A stretch of DNA of 64,000 nucleotides from assembly GCA_965224195.1 (NCBI GenBank), contig OZ245040.1, forward strand, positions 1,792,001-1,856,000, in the 5' to 3' direction. Position 1 is the first letter of the stretch. Every line of letters begins with the position of its first letter. Both the position numbers and the translations under genes were made by a program. The notes under the pieces were generated by a model that saw only the letters and a program-made list of their open reading frames with translations, ran no database searches and was not told where the DNA came from. Below are positions 46,781 to 56,714 of this stretch, in pieces. Source of the stretch: Nitrosopumilus sp. (GTDB lineage Archaea; Thermoproteota; Nitrososphaeria; Nitrososphaerales; Nitrosopumilaceae).

Positions 46781-48680
46781 GCATTAGTACCTCACGTTTG
46801 TTTGCTTTTTTCTCAATAATTTTCTTAAGTGAATCATAGATTTCAGTACTAGTCATTGCTCGTCCATTGTATTTTAAGATAAAGTAGTCAATATCACGAG
46901 ATGTGTTTTGTTTGAAAAGTTTTCCTAGTTGACCTGAATGATTTGCTTCAATGTCAATAATCGTTTTTACATCTTTCAATAAAGAATTAACACGATCACT
47001 TGGAAATGGATGTAATAATTTTAATTGAATAAATCCTATGGATATTCCTTCTTTTTTGAACATCTCTAATGCATCAAGGATTGGACCTTTTGCAGAACCC
47101 CATGAAACTATAGTGTGTTCTTCAACACCAAAAGACTTTGCTTGTTCATCATCAGGAATCTCTTTTAGAATTAAATCCAAACGAGACATCCTCTTATCCA
47201 TCATTTTTACACGTAGAATTGGATCCTCAGTAATGTGGCCTGTTTCATCAGATTCATCTCCAGTATTCCAAAAAATACCATTATCAATTCCCAATCTTGA
47301 ACGAGGGGAGATTCCATCATCTGTAAACTCAAATCTTCTATATCCATCATCTACTTTTTCCAAGAGTTTTCCTCTATTGATTGAGATTTTTGCAGGATCA
47401 AATCTTTTACAAGTTATTACAGAACTGGCCATGAATTTATCCATAAGATGGATTAAAGGTACTTGAAAAATTTCCGTATAGTTAAAGCAATTTCCAGTAT
47501 CATAGAAACTCTCCTCAATATCACCTGAAGCATAAACAATTTTTGGAAAATCACCATGTCCGGCATACACTGAAAATAGTAAATCATCCTGTCCATGTCG
47601 TGTAGGAAGACCAGTTGATGGTCCACTTCTTTGATAATTTGTAATTACAATTGGCACTTCATTAATTCCTGCCCAACCTAACATTTCAGCCATTAATGCA
47701 AATCCAGGTCCCGAAGTACATGTTGCTGAACGAGTTCCAGTTAGTGCACCACCAATAGTCATGCCCATTGCACTAATTTCATCTTCAGTTTGAATTACTG
47801 CAGTTGATCCAAGCCTATCACCTGTAATGTTTAAAATTTCATTTGATTCAAGAAATACAGATTCATCAGATGCAGGAGTGATTGGGTAATACGGTTGAAA
47901 TCTACAACCACATGCCATTTTTCCTAAAGCAGTTCCCTGAAAACCTTGAGCCAAAATAGTGCCAGGTTCTTTTTCGGCTCCAGATAAAACATAATCAAAG
48001 TTTTCAAATTTTACTGTAGCATAATTATAAGAATAGTTTGCAGTTTCTTGATTTATTTTTGCAATTTCAACTTTTTTAGAAAAGATATCTCCAATCGCTT
48101 TTTGTAATGAATCAGTAGGCATCTTAACTAATCCCAAAGACAAAGAGACGCCAATGACATTATACATTCTAATCAATCCTTTCAGTCTAGGATTCTCAGT
48201 TTCTTCAGACAAAGATTCAAGAATCGATTTAAATGATACAGGAAATAATTTCACACCATTTTCTTTTGCAATCTCTAAAACACCAGATATAGTAAATGGT
48301 TTATTTTTAGATTCTAGTTCTTTATGCAATCTTTCTTTGAATTGAGCATCAAGTGTATGTACTGAATCAGTTTTAACATCTTCTAGTTCAGAATCATAAA
48401 TTATTCCACCATCAGATATTACCTCATCATAATGACGAAAGATTGTTTCAGCATCAAATGATGCCATCAAGTTCACATCATTTACATTTGAATTAATTTT
48501 TTTATCTGCAACTCTGACAGTAAAGTAACTGTGTTCTCCTTTGATGTTAGAATAAAATTCCCGTTTTCCAAATATTTGATAACCCATTTCAGCACAGACT
48601 TTGGAGAAAATATTGGCGCCAGATTCAACCCCACTTCCTTGAGGACCTCCAATCAGCCACGTAAAATCAACTAAACTCAC
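46770..48680 (-). CDS. 2-oxoacid:ferredoxin oxidoreductase alpha subunit
   Basis: YPITPAS, TSGPG and GPSTGLPT motifs. Confidence 0.93.
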   Translation of the reverse strand: MSLVDFTWLIGGPQGSGVESGANIFSKVCAEMGYQIFGKREFYSNIKGEHSYFTVRVADKKINSNVNDVNLMASFDAETIFRHYDEVISDGGIIYDSELEDVKTDSVHTLDAQFKERLHKELESKNKPFTISGVLEIAKENGVKLFPVSFKSILESLSEETENPRLKGLIRMYNVIGVSLSLGLVKMPTDSLQKAIGDIFSKKVEIAKINQETANYSYNYATVKFENFDYVLSGAEKEPGTILAQGFQGTALGKMACGCRFQPYYPITPASDESVFLESNEILNITGDRLGSTAVIQTEDEISAMGMTIGGALTGTRSATCTSGPGFALMAEMLGWAGINEVPIVITNYQRSGPSTGLPTRHGQDDLLFSVYAGHGDFPKIVYASGDIEESFYDTGNCFNYTEIFQVPLIHLMDKFMASSVITCKRFDPAKISINRGKLLEKVDDGYRRFEFTDDGISPRSRLGIDNGIFWNTGDESDETGHITEDPILRVKMMDKRMSRLDLILKEIPDDEQAKSFGVEEHTIVSWGSAKGPILDALEMFKKEGISIGFIQLKLLHPFPSDRVNSLLKDVKTIIDIEANHSGQLGKLFKQNTSRDIDYFILKYNGRAMTSTEIYDSLKKIIEKKANKREVLMHGA

Positions 48681-48729
48681 AGATATTCACACATTTCCTG
48701 AATTTTAATAGTATGATAGTTCATATCTT

Positions 48730-48876
48730 CTAACCTCCGGTGGCTGCATCAAACAATGCACATTCACATTTATCACGTTCACCACAATAAGGACATACAC
48801 ATACACATTTTTCAATCGAATTCCCGCATTCTACACAAATAGCAAATTCTTCCTCTTCTTCAACTTTAGAAGACAT
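48730..48876 (-). CDS. Cys-rich 48-aa microprotein (8 Cys)
   Basis: MSSKVEEEEEFAICVECGNSIEKCVCVCPYCGERDKCECALFDAATGG. Confidence 0.7.
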   Translation of the reverse strand: MSSKVEEEEEFAICVECGNSIEKCVCVCPYCGERDKCECALFDAATGG

Positions 48877-48929
48877 TGCTAAAATTACAAAGAAATCGTA
48901 TAAATGGTTTAAGATGAATATCAAGACTG

Positions 48930-49898
48930 ATGAAAAAAAAAGTTTTCCTTACAAGAACTTTGCATGACTTTGCACTAAAAGAGTTAAGGAAAAAATATCA
49001 AATTGAAATTCATTCAGGTCAAATTCCCATTCCACAAACTAAATTGCGATCAAAAATTAAAGACATTGACGGTCTAATCTGTTTTCCATATGACAACATC
49101 AACAAAGAAATCATTGATGAAGGAAAAAATCTCAAAGTCATTAGCACGTATAGTGTAGGTTTTGATCATATAGATACTGAATACTCTAATATTAAAAAAA
49201 TCCGTGTCGGTTACACGCCAGAAGTTTTAACAAATGCAACAGCAGATATGGCTTTTTCATTACTATCAGACATTGCAAGAAGGACTACTGAAGGGGATAG
49301 AATAATCAGAGATGGAAAATGGAAAGAAATCTACGGTGCATTTGATTATGTTGGAGTAGATCTTCAAGGAAAAACACTTGGAATTTTAGGTCTAGGTAGA
49401 ATTGGCAGTACGCTTGCTAAACGAGCAAAAGCATTTGACATAAAAATTATATATCATAATAGAAAACACGTTGCAAAATCTAAAGAGAAATCACTTGATG
49501 CAAAATATGTGTCATTTGAAAAACTAATCACTACAAGTGATTTTATTTCAATACATGTACCTCACACAAAAGAAACAGATAGATTGTTTAACATGAAAAT
49601 TTTTAAAAAAATGAAAAAATCATCATTTTTGATTAACACGTCAAGGGGAAAAGTGGTAAATGAGAAAGATCTTGCCACAGCATTAAAGAAAAGAATTATT
49701 TCAGGCGCAGGCTTGGATGTTTTTGAAAAAGAGCCAATTAAAAAAAATCATTCACTAGTAAAATTGCCAAATATTGTACTTGCCCCACACATAGGAAGCT
49801 CAACAAAAGAAACAAGAATCAAAATGGCTGAAATTACTGTGAAGAATTTGAATTTAGGAATTAATGGAAAAAAGCCAATGTATTCAGTAGGATATTGA
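48930..49898 (+). CDS. D-2-hydroxyacid dehydrogenase (glyoxylate reductase-like)
   Basis: GLGRIG, INTSRG, LDVFEKEP and PHIGS motifs. Confidence 0.9.
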   Translation: MKKKVFLTRTLHDFALKELRKKYQIEIHSGQIPIPQTKLRSKIKDIDGLICFPYDNINKEIIDEGKNLKVISTYSVGFDHIDTEYSNIKKIRVGYTPEVLTNATADMAFSLLSDIARRTTEGDRIIRDGKWKEIYGAFDYVGVDLQGKTLGILGLGRIGSTLAKRAKAFDIKIIYHNRKHVAKSKEKSLDAKYVSFEKLITTSDFISIHVPHTKETDRLFNMKIFKKMKKSSFLINTSRGKVVNEKDLATALKKRIISGAGLDVFEKEPIKKNHSLVKLPNIVLAPHIGSSTKETRIKMAEITVKNLNLGINGKKPMYSVGY

Positions 49899-49967
49899 TT
49901 TTCACGCATGAGTTAGAAGCTAGTTAAATGTGCAGTTTTTATATAGAAATTGTAACCTAAAATCAGA

Positions 49968-50057
49968 TTGAAAAAATTTAAGCATACAAATGAAGAATTA
50001 GAATTAGCTAAACTACAGTCTGAAAAAGAAAAGAAAGAAAAAGAGTCTGAAGAATAA
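49968..50057 (+). CDS. Possible 29-aa charged microprotein
   Basis: TTG start, MKKFKHTNEELELAKLQSEKEKKEKESEE*; TTTATATA about 23 nt upstream and T-rich tract downstream. Confidence 0.35.
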   Translation: MKKFKHTNEELELAKLQSEKEKKEKESEE

Positions 50058-50093
50058 GACTTTTTTACTTGTCTTTTTCAGACAAGTTTTTTT

Positions 50094-50471
50094 TTAAAAT
50101 CTAATTTTAGAAGTGAATTTTTGATTTAGTTGATCATAGAGTCTTTTTCTTTCAGTAACTAGTTGTTTTGAATCATCATACATTTTTGTAAAAAATGCTG
50201 CAAGAATACGTTCACCGCTTTCATCAAAAAATCTAACACTGAAATTAATTTTTTCAGGTTTTTGCTCTTGAACAAATTCTGCGGTTTTGATTATCTCTGA
50301 ATTAAGATGTGCATGAGCCGGCCCATCATTGTCTCCAATTGTAATCCATTTGTCTTTTTGTCTAATACTAAGAGAGTCACTTCGAATCTCACTTGTAGCA
50401 CCATTGTTTTTTATGATAAGTAAAACATCATCAATTTTTATCAAATCAGATAGTAATTCTAAAAGCAACAA
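50094..50471 (-). CDS. HutX/ChuX-like heme-binding protein
   Basis: GATSEI..HAHL...FSVRFFDESGERI pattern. Confidence 0.65.
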   Translation of the reverse strand: MLLLELLSDLIKIDDVLLIIKNNGATSEIRSDSLSIRQKDKWITIGDNDGPAHAHLNSEIIKTAEFVQEQKPEKINFSVRFFDESGERILAAFFTKMYDDSKQLVTERKRLYDQLNQKFTSKIRF

Positions 50472-50494
50472 TAGTTCTTTAAAACTAAATTATT

Positions 50495-50776
50495 TCAATT
50501 TTTGGAACGATTCATGTCAATTTGGACAAAATCATCAGTATCACCATGAACACAATCTGTCCCTATTGCTTTAACTGGTGAAAAACTAACTTTTCCATCA
50601 TGCATTTTACCTTCATTTTGTAAAATGCCTATTTTACCGGATACAACGTGCTTGTGTTTTTGACAAGTTACTCCCACCATATATTCATCAGGTCCAGAAA
50701 TAATCGATACAATAAATTGAGGAGGATTAACACATTGTTTTCCATCTTCCATTACTGAACATTTGTCAGGTACCAT
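50495..50776 (-). CDS. Hypothetical Cys/His-containing protein
   Basis: 93-aa ORF with C..C..CxxH. Confidence 0.7.
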   Translation of the reverse strand: MVPDKCSVMEDGKQCVNPPQFIVSIISGPDEYMVGVTCQKHKHVVSGKIGILQNEGKMHDGKVSFSPVKAIGTDCVHGDTDDFVQIDMNRSKN

Positions 50777-50864
50777 AGTTTGATTTAGAATTTTATTGGA
50801 TATTAATCTTGATTGTAAGAGATTTAATTTATTATCAACTTAATTAAATCAAGATTGAAAGTAA

Positions 50865-52172
50865 TTGACACATAGTTTTGACGTTATAATTATTGGAGGA
50901 GGTATTCTTGGAACTTCAATATCATATTTTTTATCATTTCTAAATAAATCAAAAAAAATAGCAGTTATTGAACAAGCCCACAATGTTGCTTTTCATACAA
51001 GTGGAAGAAACACAGGTAAAGTTCATGCCCCATATCTATACAATCCAGAAAAGAAAAAATTATTTGCAAAATCAGCTTTCCACGGTTATGAAATGTGGGA
51101 AACATATGCAAAATTAAAAAAATTACCATTTAAAAAAGACGGAGTTATTGAAGTTGCTTTAGATGAAAAAGGAATCAATGTTCTTGAAAAATATCTCAAA
51201 TGGGGAAAACAAAACGGCTTAGAAGATAACGACATTAAATTATGTAACAAAGAAGAAATAAAAAAAATAGAGCCAGAAATTAAATGTGAATCAGCGTTAT
51301 GTGTTTACAAAGATGCATCCACAGATTATTCTTTATTTACAAATTCAATAATGAAAGACAGTAAAGAAAGCGGTACAACATTTTTGTTAGATACAAGAGT
51401 TACAAAAATAGGAAAAGAAAAAAACAGATGGGTAATTACAATAAATGATGACCATGAAATTTATGCAAAATTTTTAATCAATACTGCAGGAGGGGAAGCT
51501 GTAGATATTGCACATAATGTAGGAGTAGCAAAAAAAATTACAGATGTACATTTTAGAGGGGAATATTGGAAAGTTTCCAAAGAGTACAACAATCTTACAA
51601 AATCTAGCGTGTATTCTGTTCCTGAATTTCCAGAATATCCATTCTTAGATCCACATTGGATTCTTAGAGTGGATGGTAGTTGTGAAATTGGACCAAATGC
51701 AGTTCCAGTTTTTAGCCCATACGGATATGATAAAGTAGAAAATATCAAAGAATTCATTCCAAAAATGCTAGAGATGTTAGGTTCAGGTGCAAGAAAAGCA
51801 ATTTTTGATAAACAATTTCAAGAACTTGCAATGAATGAAATACAATCATCCATGTCAAAAACCGCAATGGTTGATAGAGTAAAAAAATTCTTGCCAAAAA
51901 TAGAGGCAGATAAAATAACTGAAAAAGGTACAGCAGGAATAAGATCATCAATCATTGATGAAAACGGAAAATTTGTGCCAGATGTAATTCAAATTGATGA
52001 TGAAGTATCATTTCATATTTTAAACTACAACTCCCCAGGCGCTACAGGAGCTTTGCCATTTGCGGCACACATTGTAAACCATCTAAATAAAGAAGGGTTT
52101 TTCAGGTGTGATGATATTGAAGCGCAATGCGGTCCATGGAAATTCAATGAAGTTATAGAAAAAATCAAGTAA
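50865..52172 (+). CDS. FAD-dependent oxidoreductase (L-2-hydroxyglutarate oxidase-like)
   Basis: GGGILG, HTSGRNTG.VH, FRGEY, PFLDPH and SPGAT motifs. Confidence 0.88.
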   Translation: MTHSFDVIIIGGGILGTSISYFLSFLNKSKKIAVIEQAHNVAFHTSGRNTGKVHAPYLYNPEKKKLFAKSAFHGYEMWETYAKLKKLPFKKDGVIEVALDEKGINVLEKYLKWGKQNGLEDNDIKLCNKEEIKKIEPEIKCESALCVYKDASTDYSLFTNSIMKDSKESGTTFLLDTRVTKIGKEKNRWVITINDDHEIYAKFLINTAGGEAVDIAHNVGVAKKITDVHFRGEYWKVSKEYNNLTKSSVYSVPEFPEYPFLDPHWILRVDGSCEIGPNAVPVFSPYGYDKVENIKEFIPKMLEMLGSGARKAIFDKQFQELAMNEIQSSMSKTAMVDRVKKFLPKIEADKITEKGTAGIRSSIIDENGKFVPDVIQIDDEVSFHILNYNSPGATGALPFAAHIVNHLNKEGFFRCDDIEAQCGPWKFNEVIEKIK

Positions 52173-52198
52173 ATTGTAAGATAGGAAATTAATGAATA

Positions 52199-53260
52199 TT
52201 ATTTTATTTTATATCTAAGAATTGCTAAGACAGAATTATCAATATCTAATTTTTTAATAATATTTGGAGAAACTGCAAATTCTATTTTAGCAGAAGTATT
52301 TTTTGCAATTTCAAGCATCTTGATTATTTTTTTAAATTGAGAATTTGTGTGATAATTGGCAGAAACAATTAAGATATCTACAGCACCCATTTCTAATGCC
52401 TTGTAAATGACATTATTTCTTTTAGCAGTTAAGCCGTCTTTGAATAATTTTTCATATTTTTCAAGTAATTCAATGACATGTTTTCGCCTATGTTGGTATA
52501 GATGATGGATAATTTTCTCATGAATATCTTTAGATGGAGTTGAAAAAGATAAATTTTCTACAAATCTACATTTTTTCATCAATTCTGAATCAAGTTCGTC
52601 ATAAAATTCGGTTTTTGCAGGACCAGAACCACCTAACAAAAGTAATTCTGAATTAGAATCCATTGTTTTTATTTTATTTGCAACCTTCTTAAAGAAAACG
52701 TGGATTTTTGTTTGTCGAGCCCTCAAAAAGCGCCCCTGGCTTTGTCCACCTTTTCTATGTCTACCCTGTAAATCAATTTTGAGTTTTGCTTCTTGTAATA
52801 TTTGACTTCCATGGAATTTTTGAATTCTTGCAGTTTTTTGATCAAGTGTTACCAATAAAATATCATAATTAGTTTTTAGAACATCATCGAATGGTTTGAT
52901 GTATGGTTTTTTATTTACCATGTAGATGTAAGGAAGTTTTTTTGAAGTTCCAATTTCTTTAATTATTATTTTACCATTATTTACCCAACCAAAAATACAA
53001 AGAGTTTGTACAAATTTTCCAACAGATAAAGGATTCTTTTTAAGATCTAGAATTCTTTTTTGGATTTTAGATTTAATTTTTTCAACAGTGTCATTACGTT
53101 TATTTTCATTTAATAAAGAAATTGTTTCGTCGCCCTTACCATAAGGATAATAGACAGACACACATGTAGAGTTAATTTGTTTTATTTCATGAAGAAACTG
53201 ATTAATAGAAATCCATTCAGATGAAGAAATTTCAGAAGATTCCAAAGTATTCAATAACAA
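52199..53260 (-). CDS. aRF1/eRF1-family release factor paralog
   Basis: GRHRKGGQSQGRF catalytic loop; eRF1 domain 2/3 layout; divergent N-domain. Confidence 0.8.
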   Translation of the reverse strand: MLLNTLESSEISSSEWISINQFLHEIKQINSTCVSVYYPYGKGDETISLLNENKRNDTVEKIKSKIQKRILDLKKNPLSVGKFVQTLCIFGWVNNGKIIIKEIGTSKKLPYIYMVNKKPYIKPFDDVLKTNYDILLVTLDQKTARIQKFHGSQILQEAKLKIDLQGRHRKGGQSQGRFLRARQTKIHVFFKKVANKIKTMDSNSELLLLGGSGPAKTEFYDELDSELMKKCRFVENLSFSTPSKDIHEKIIHHLYQHRRKHVIELLEKYEKLFKDGLTAKRNNVIYKALEMGAVDILIVSANYHTNSQFKKIIKMLEIAKNTSAKIEFAVSPNIIKKLDIDNSVLAILRYKIK

Positions 53261-53303
53261 ACAGTAAATGCATGCATATAAAATTCAAATCTAAAATTAA
53301 AAA

Positions 53304-53404
53304 TGGCGCCGGGAGGGAGATTTGAACTCCCGTTCCCTTGCGAGAACGCGCTTTATGGTTAATTATTTCCAGGCGCGCGCCCTACCAGGCTAGGCGACCC
53401 CGGC
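53304..53404 (-). tRNA. tRNA-Ser (GGA) with 14-nt intron (53353-53366), CCA encoded
   Basis: Reverse complement GCCGGGG...CGCGC-CTGGAA[ATAATTAACCATAA]A-GCGCG, long variable arm, GTTCAAAT, ending CCCGGCGCCA. Confidence 0.93.
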
Positions 53405-53463
53405 ACTAGTCTTGCGACAATGATGTTCTATAAAATGTGATTATAAATTATGTTACTGAGAAA

Positions 53464-53910
53464 CTATTTCCAAATTGTAATAGTTATTGATTTTTCTATA
53501 TTATTTCCTTCATCATTCATTCCTTTAACAGATATTTTGTAAAGACCTTCCAAAGATGTATCTCCGTCATTCTTTATTTGATCCCATGAAAAAGAAATTT
53601 CATCTCCAGGATCTAAATTTGATATCATCTGTACAGATACAGGAGTATACATCAGTATTCCAGATAGTCCAGTTATTCGAAGACCATATGATGCATCAGG
53701 AAAGGTTAATGGAACAGTTCCAGAATTTACTATTCTAATAACTATCTCTTCACCTTTTTTAAAATCAGATTTTTCAGTAACTATAGAAACTGATAGACCT
53801 TCAACAAAAACTAACTGACTAGTGCTTTTAACATCTATTAGATATATTCCAAAAGCAAGACCTGCAACCACACCAATTCCAATAAAGAGTACTAGACTTT
53901 TTGCTAACAA
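53464..53910 (-). CDS. Membrane-anchored Ig-like hypothetical protein
   Basis: N-terminal TM helix; NSGTVPL..LDPGDEISFSWDQ..GLY pattern. Confidence 0.7.
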   Translation of the reverse strand: MLAKSLVLFIGIGVVAGLAFGIYLIDVKSTSQLVFVEGLSVSIVTEKSDFKKGEEIVIRIVNSGTVPLTFPDASYGLRITGLSGILMYTPVSVQMISNLDPGDEISFSWDQIKNDGDTSLEGLYKISVKGMNDEGNNIEKSITITIWK

Positions 53911-53936
53911 TTCTTTTAAAATAATTTCTTTATTTT

Positions 53937-54938
53937 TTAATCCTTTGAAGGAGTTGATTTAGTTCTCCATTTTTTAGGATAAGTCTTAGGAGCCATAATG
54001 ATTCTCTTTGTTTCAAATGCATACCCCTTGGTTGCATCTTTAATTTCTTCTTCAGACATTGTGGATTCAGCCAATGCAACTGCCTCTCCTTTTTGTGTGT
54101 AAACTCCAACAATATCACCTTTTTTCAAATTTTGGGAAATTTTCAAAACACCGGGTATTGCAAGTTGTGCACCGTGACACATTGCATCTACTGCAGAATC
54201 ACGGATAACTACGGACTTTAATTCGCTTAATGCTAATTCAACGGGTTTGATCATTTTTATCAATTTACTATCATCTTTTGTCTCTTCCCACAATGCAAAG
54301 GCATCAGCAAGTTCGTGTAATGTAACTAGACCATCCTTTTCAGAAAATTGATCAACTCTGCTTCTCCTAAGTTCAACCATAGTAGCACCAGGCCCAAGTA
54401 CTTCACCAATATCATAGTATAGTTTACGAATGTAAGTTCCAGCTTCGCATAAAATTCTTGTTAAGAGTAGTCTTTCTTTTTGTTCTAACACTTCAAATTC
54501 ATATATTGTTCTTGTTCTAGTCTGTCTAAGAACAGCTGAACGTTGAGGAGGCTTTTGAAAAATTTCACCTTGGAACATTTCTACAATTTCTTTTAGTTTT
54601 TCTTTGGATGGAAGAGAATGTACTCGCCCCAATGCATGATATTCTTTAGGACCATAAAGTAAAACTCCCAATGCTTTAGTTGCTTCACCCAAACCTAAAG
54701 GTAAAACTCCAGAAACCTGAGGATCTAATGTACCACTATGACCAATTTTAGGAAGTTTCAAAAGACGTTTGGTCCAAGCTACAGTTTCATGACTTGTAGG
54801 GCCAGGAGGTTTGTCTAAAAGTATAATTCCGTAATTTAGTAATTGTTCAATTGTCCTTTTATCATAATATGTTCCATATGCATCATCAGTGATATCCTGA
54901 TCAATTTCAACAAGATTTTTAAGTTGTTTAAGTGTCAT
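53937..54938 (-). CDS. cbf5: H/ACA pseudouridine synthase Cbf5
   Basis: DKPPGPTSH and GHSGTLDP motifs; PUA domain. Confidence 0.95.
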   Translation of the reverse strand: MTLKQLKNLVEIDQDITDDAYGTYYDKRTIEQLLNYGIILLDKPPGPTSHETVAWTKRLLKLPKIGHSGTLDPQVSGVLPLGLGEATKALGVLLYGPKEYHALGRVHSLPSKEKLKEIVEMFQGEIFQKPPQRSAVLRQTRTRTIYEFEVLEQKERLLLTRILCEAGTYIRKLYYDIGEVLGPGATMVELRRSRVDQFSEKDGLVTLHELADAFALWEETKDDSKLIKMIKPVELALSELKSVVIRDSAVDAMCHGAQLAIPGVLKISQNLKKGDIVGVYTQKGEAVALAESTMSEEEIKDATKGYAFETKRIIMAPKTYPKKWRTKSTPSKD

Positions 54939-55495
54939 AGTAATTTTCTCACAGTTTCTTTAGTTACATCAATAACTTGTTGGGCCGTTAAATTATCCGT
55001 GTTTATAATCAAATCAAACACAGACTTGTCTTCTCCAAAATCAAAATGGTATAATTTCTTGTATAACGCCCGATTTTTGTCAAATCGTGCTTTTGTGATT
55101 TCATAAGCATCTTTAGAACTCATACTGTCTCTAGTCTGCATTCTTTTAGTGCTGCTTTCATGAGAACCCTCAAGCCAGATTCGAATTCCATCTTTAATCA
55201 GCCAAGGCAAAGTGTAACTAGTAATTACCATTCCACCTTTATTGAAAAGATCAATTAATCTGTCATCTAATTTTTTATCAAATTCAGAATTTTGTTCACG
55301 TTGATTAAGAAACTTCATTCCTTCTTCAGTATCCCACCAATCATCACCTTTAGAATCAAACCCATGTTCATTGGCCATTTCTTTTAACACATCTCCTCCG
55401 CTAAGATACTTTAATTGAAATTCTTCTGCTAATCCTTTGGCAACAGTTGTTTTTCCTACTGCGGGAGGACCAGAAATGACAATAGATTTGGTCAA
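54935..55495 (-). CDS. cmk: Cytidylate kinase
   Basis: SGPPAVGKTT; conserved context. Confidence 0.88.
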   Translation of the reverse strand: MTKSIVISGPPAVGKTTVAKGLAEEFQLKYLSGGDVLKEMANEHGFDSKGDDWWDTEEGMKFLNQREQNSEFDKKLDDRLIDLFNKGGMVITSYTLPWLIKDGIRIWLEGSHESSTKRMQTRDSMSSKDAYEITKARFDKNRALYKKLYHFDFGEDKSVFDLIINTDNLTAQQVIDVTKETVRKLL

Positions 55496-56124
55496 CTGAG
55501 GTCCATAGAAGTTTTGGTGAGTCTCATAATTATTCCACTAAATGCAATAGATGAAAGGAAATACCAAGCCCAAAGATACAAAGCATTTTCTTTACCAAAA
55601 CAAAGATGTTCAGCATCTAATGCTTGTTCTGCAGAGCATGTTAACTGGAACATCTCTACAGGAATTACATTTAGAGGGATTGGGGAGAAAGCTACAGTAT
55701 AAGAAAATAGTTGCGGCAATACAAGATAGAAAATCAAAATTAAAGGAACAAAAGTAATCATCATAGGTCTCATATTCATCTGCATCATCTCCATGGACAT
55801 TTTGTTCATGTATGATGATTTTTTTCCTAGTTCTGCAATCTTTGCTTGATCTTTAGATCTCATTGCAGCCATTCTTTCTTTTTGCCAACCACGAGTTTCT
55901 TTCATAATTCGTTTTAGTTTTACTTGATCAACCATTTTCTTTCTAACTGCAGCATTGAAGATGTTCAGTAAAATACCAAATCCAGAAACAGCAAACATTG
56001 AAAGGATTACTCCTTTGATAATAGGATCATCACTGCCTAAAGCCATTCTACCATCACCGCCAAGGAAATCAGGCAGCTGGAGATGTATTACATCGATAAA
56101 GAGTAGAATAAAGTTAAAATCCAT
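55492..56124 (-). CDS. EMC3/TMCO1 (DUF106) membrane insertase family
   Basis: TM-coiled coil-TM layout; RPMMITFVP and WYFLSS; follows adk. Confidence 0.88.
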   Translation of the reverse strand: MDFNFILLFIDVIHLQLPDFLGGDGRMALGSDDPIIKGVILSMFAVSGFGILLNIFNAAVRKKMVDQVKLKRIMKETRGWQKERMAAMRSKDQAKIAELGKKSSYMNKMSMEMMQMNMRPMMITFVPLILIFYLVLPQLFSYTVAFSPIPLNVIPVEMFQLTCSAEQALDAEHLCFGKENALYLWAWYFLSSIAFSGIIMRLTKTSMDLS

Positions 56125-56126
56125 TT

Positions 56127-56714
56127 TTACAGTCCTATTGCATTAATGATTTTATCAGCCGCTTCATCAACCTTTCCCTCACGATTGAGGATGTATTTGA
56201 CTGGAGACCCAGAAATTACCATACAAGATGCAATAATTCCTGATTGAGCATCTAATTCTTTCTTAATATTGGCTAGAGTAATTTTATCTCGATTTCGAGT
56301 ATCATCAGACATTCGTCTATTGTAGATTTCTTCAGGTTTTGCAGAAACTGAGACAAAGTTTGTCGGTTGAATGATTTTGAGAACATGTTCAGGTAGACCA
56401 GGATAGTAGCCTTCTTCAGAACTAATGAATGCATGAGTGTCAATAATTACTACATCTTCATTATGTAAAGCAATTTTTTCTGCTGCAATTTTTTGTAATT
56501 TTTGTTGTTCTGAGACAGGTAATTTTCTTAATCCATCTCTATCTTTAAGACCATTTTCTTTTGCAACTTCAAACATTAGAGTTCCAAAACTCAAAACACT
56601 AACACTTTTTTTATGATTTTTTATAATTTCTGCCATTTTAGTTAGCAAGGTAGTTTTTCCAACACCGGGTATTCCTACCATTACGACTTTTTTATTTTCG
56701 ACCAAGCAAAGCAC
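56127..56714 (-). CDS. adkA: Adenylate kinase (archaeal type)
   Basis: GIPGVGKTT, DTH and GYYPGLP motifs. Confidence 0.93.
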   Translation of the reverse strand: MLCLVENKKVVMVGIPGVGKTTLLTKMAEIIKNHKKSVSVLSFGTLMFEVAKENGLKDRDGLRKLPVSEQQKLQKIAAEKIALHNEDVVIIDTHAFISSEEGYYPGLPEHVLKIIQPTNFVSVSAKPEEIYNRRMSDDTRNRDKITLANIKKELDAQSGIIASCMVISGSPVKYILNREGKVDEAADKIINAIGL

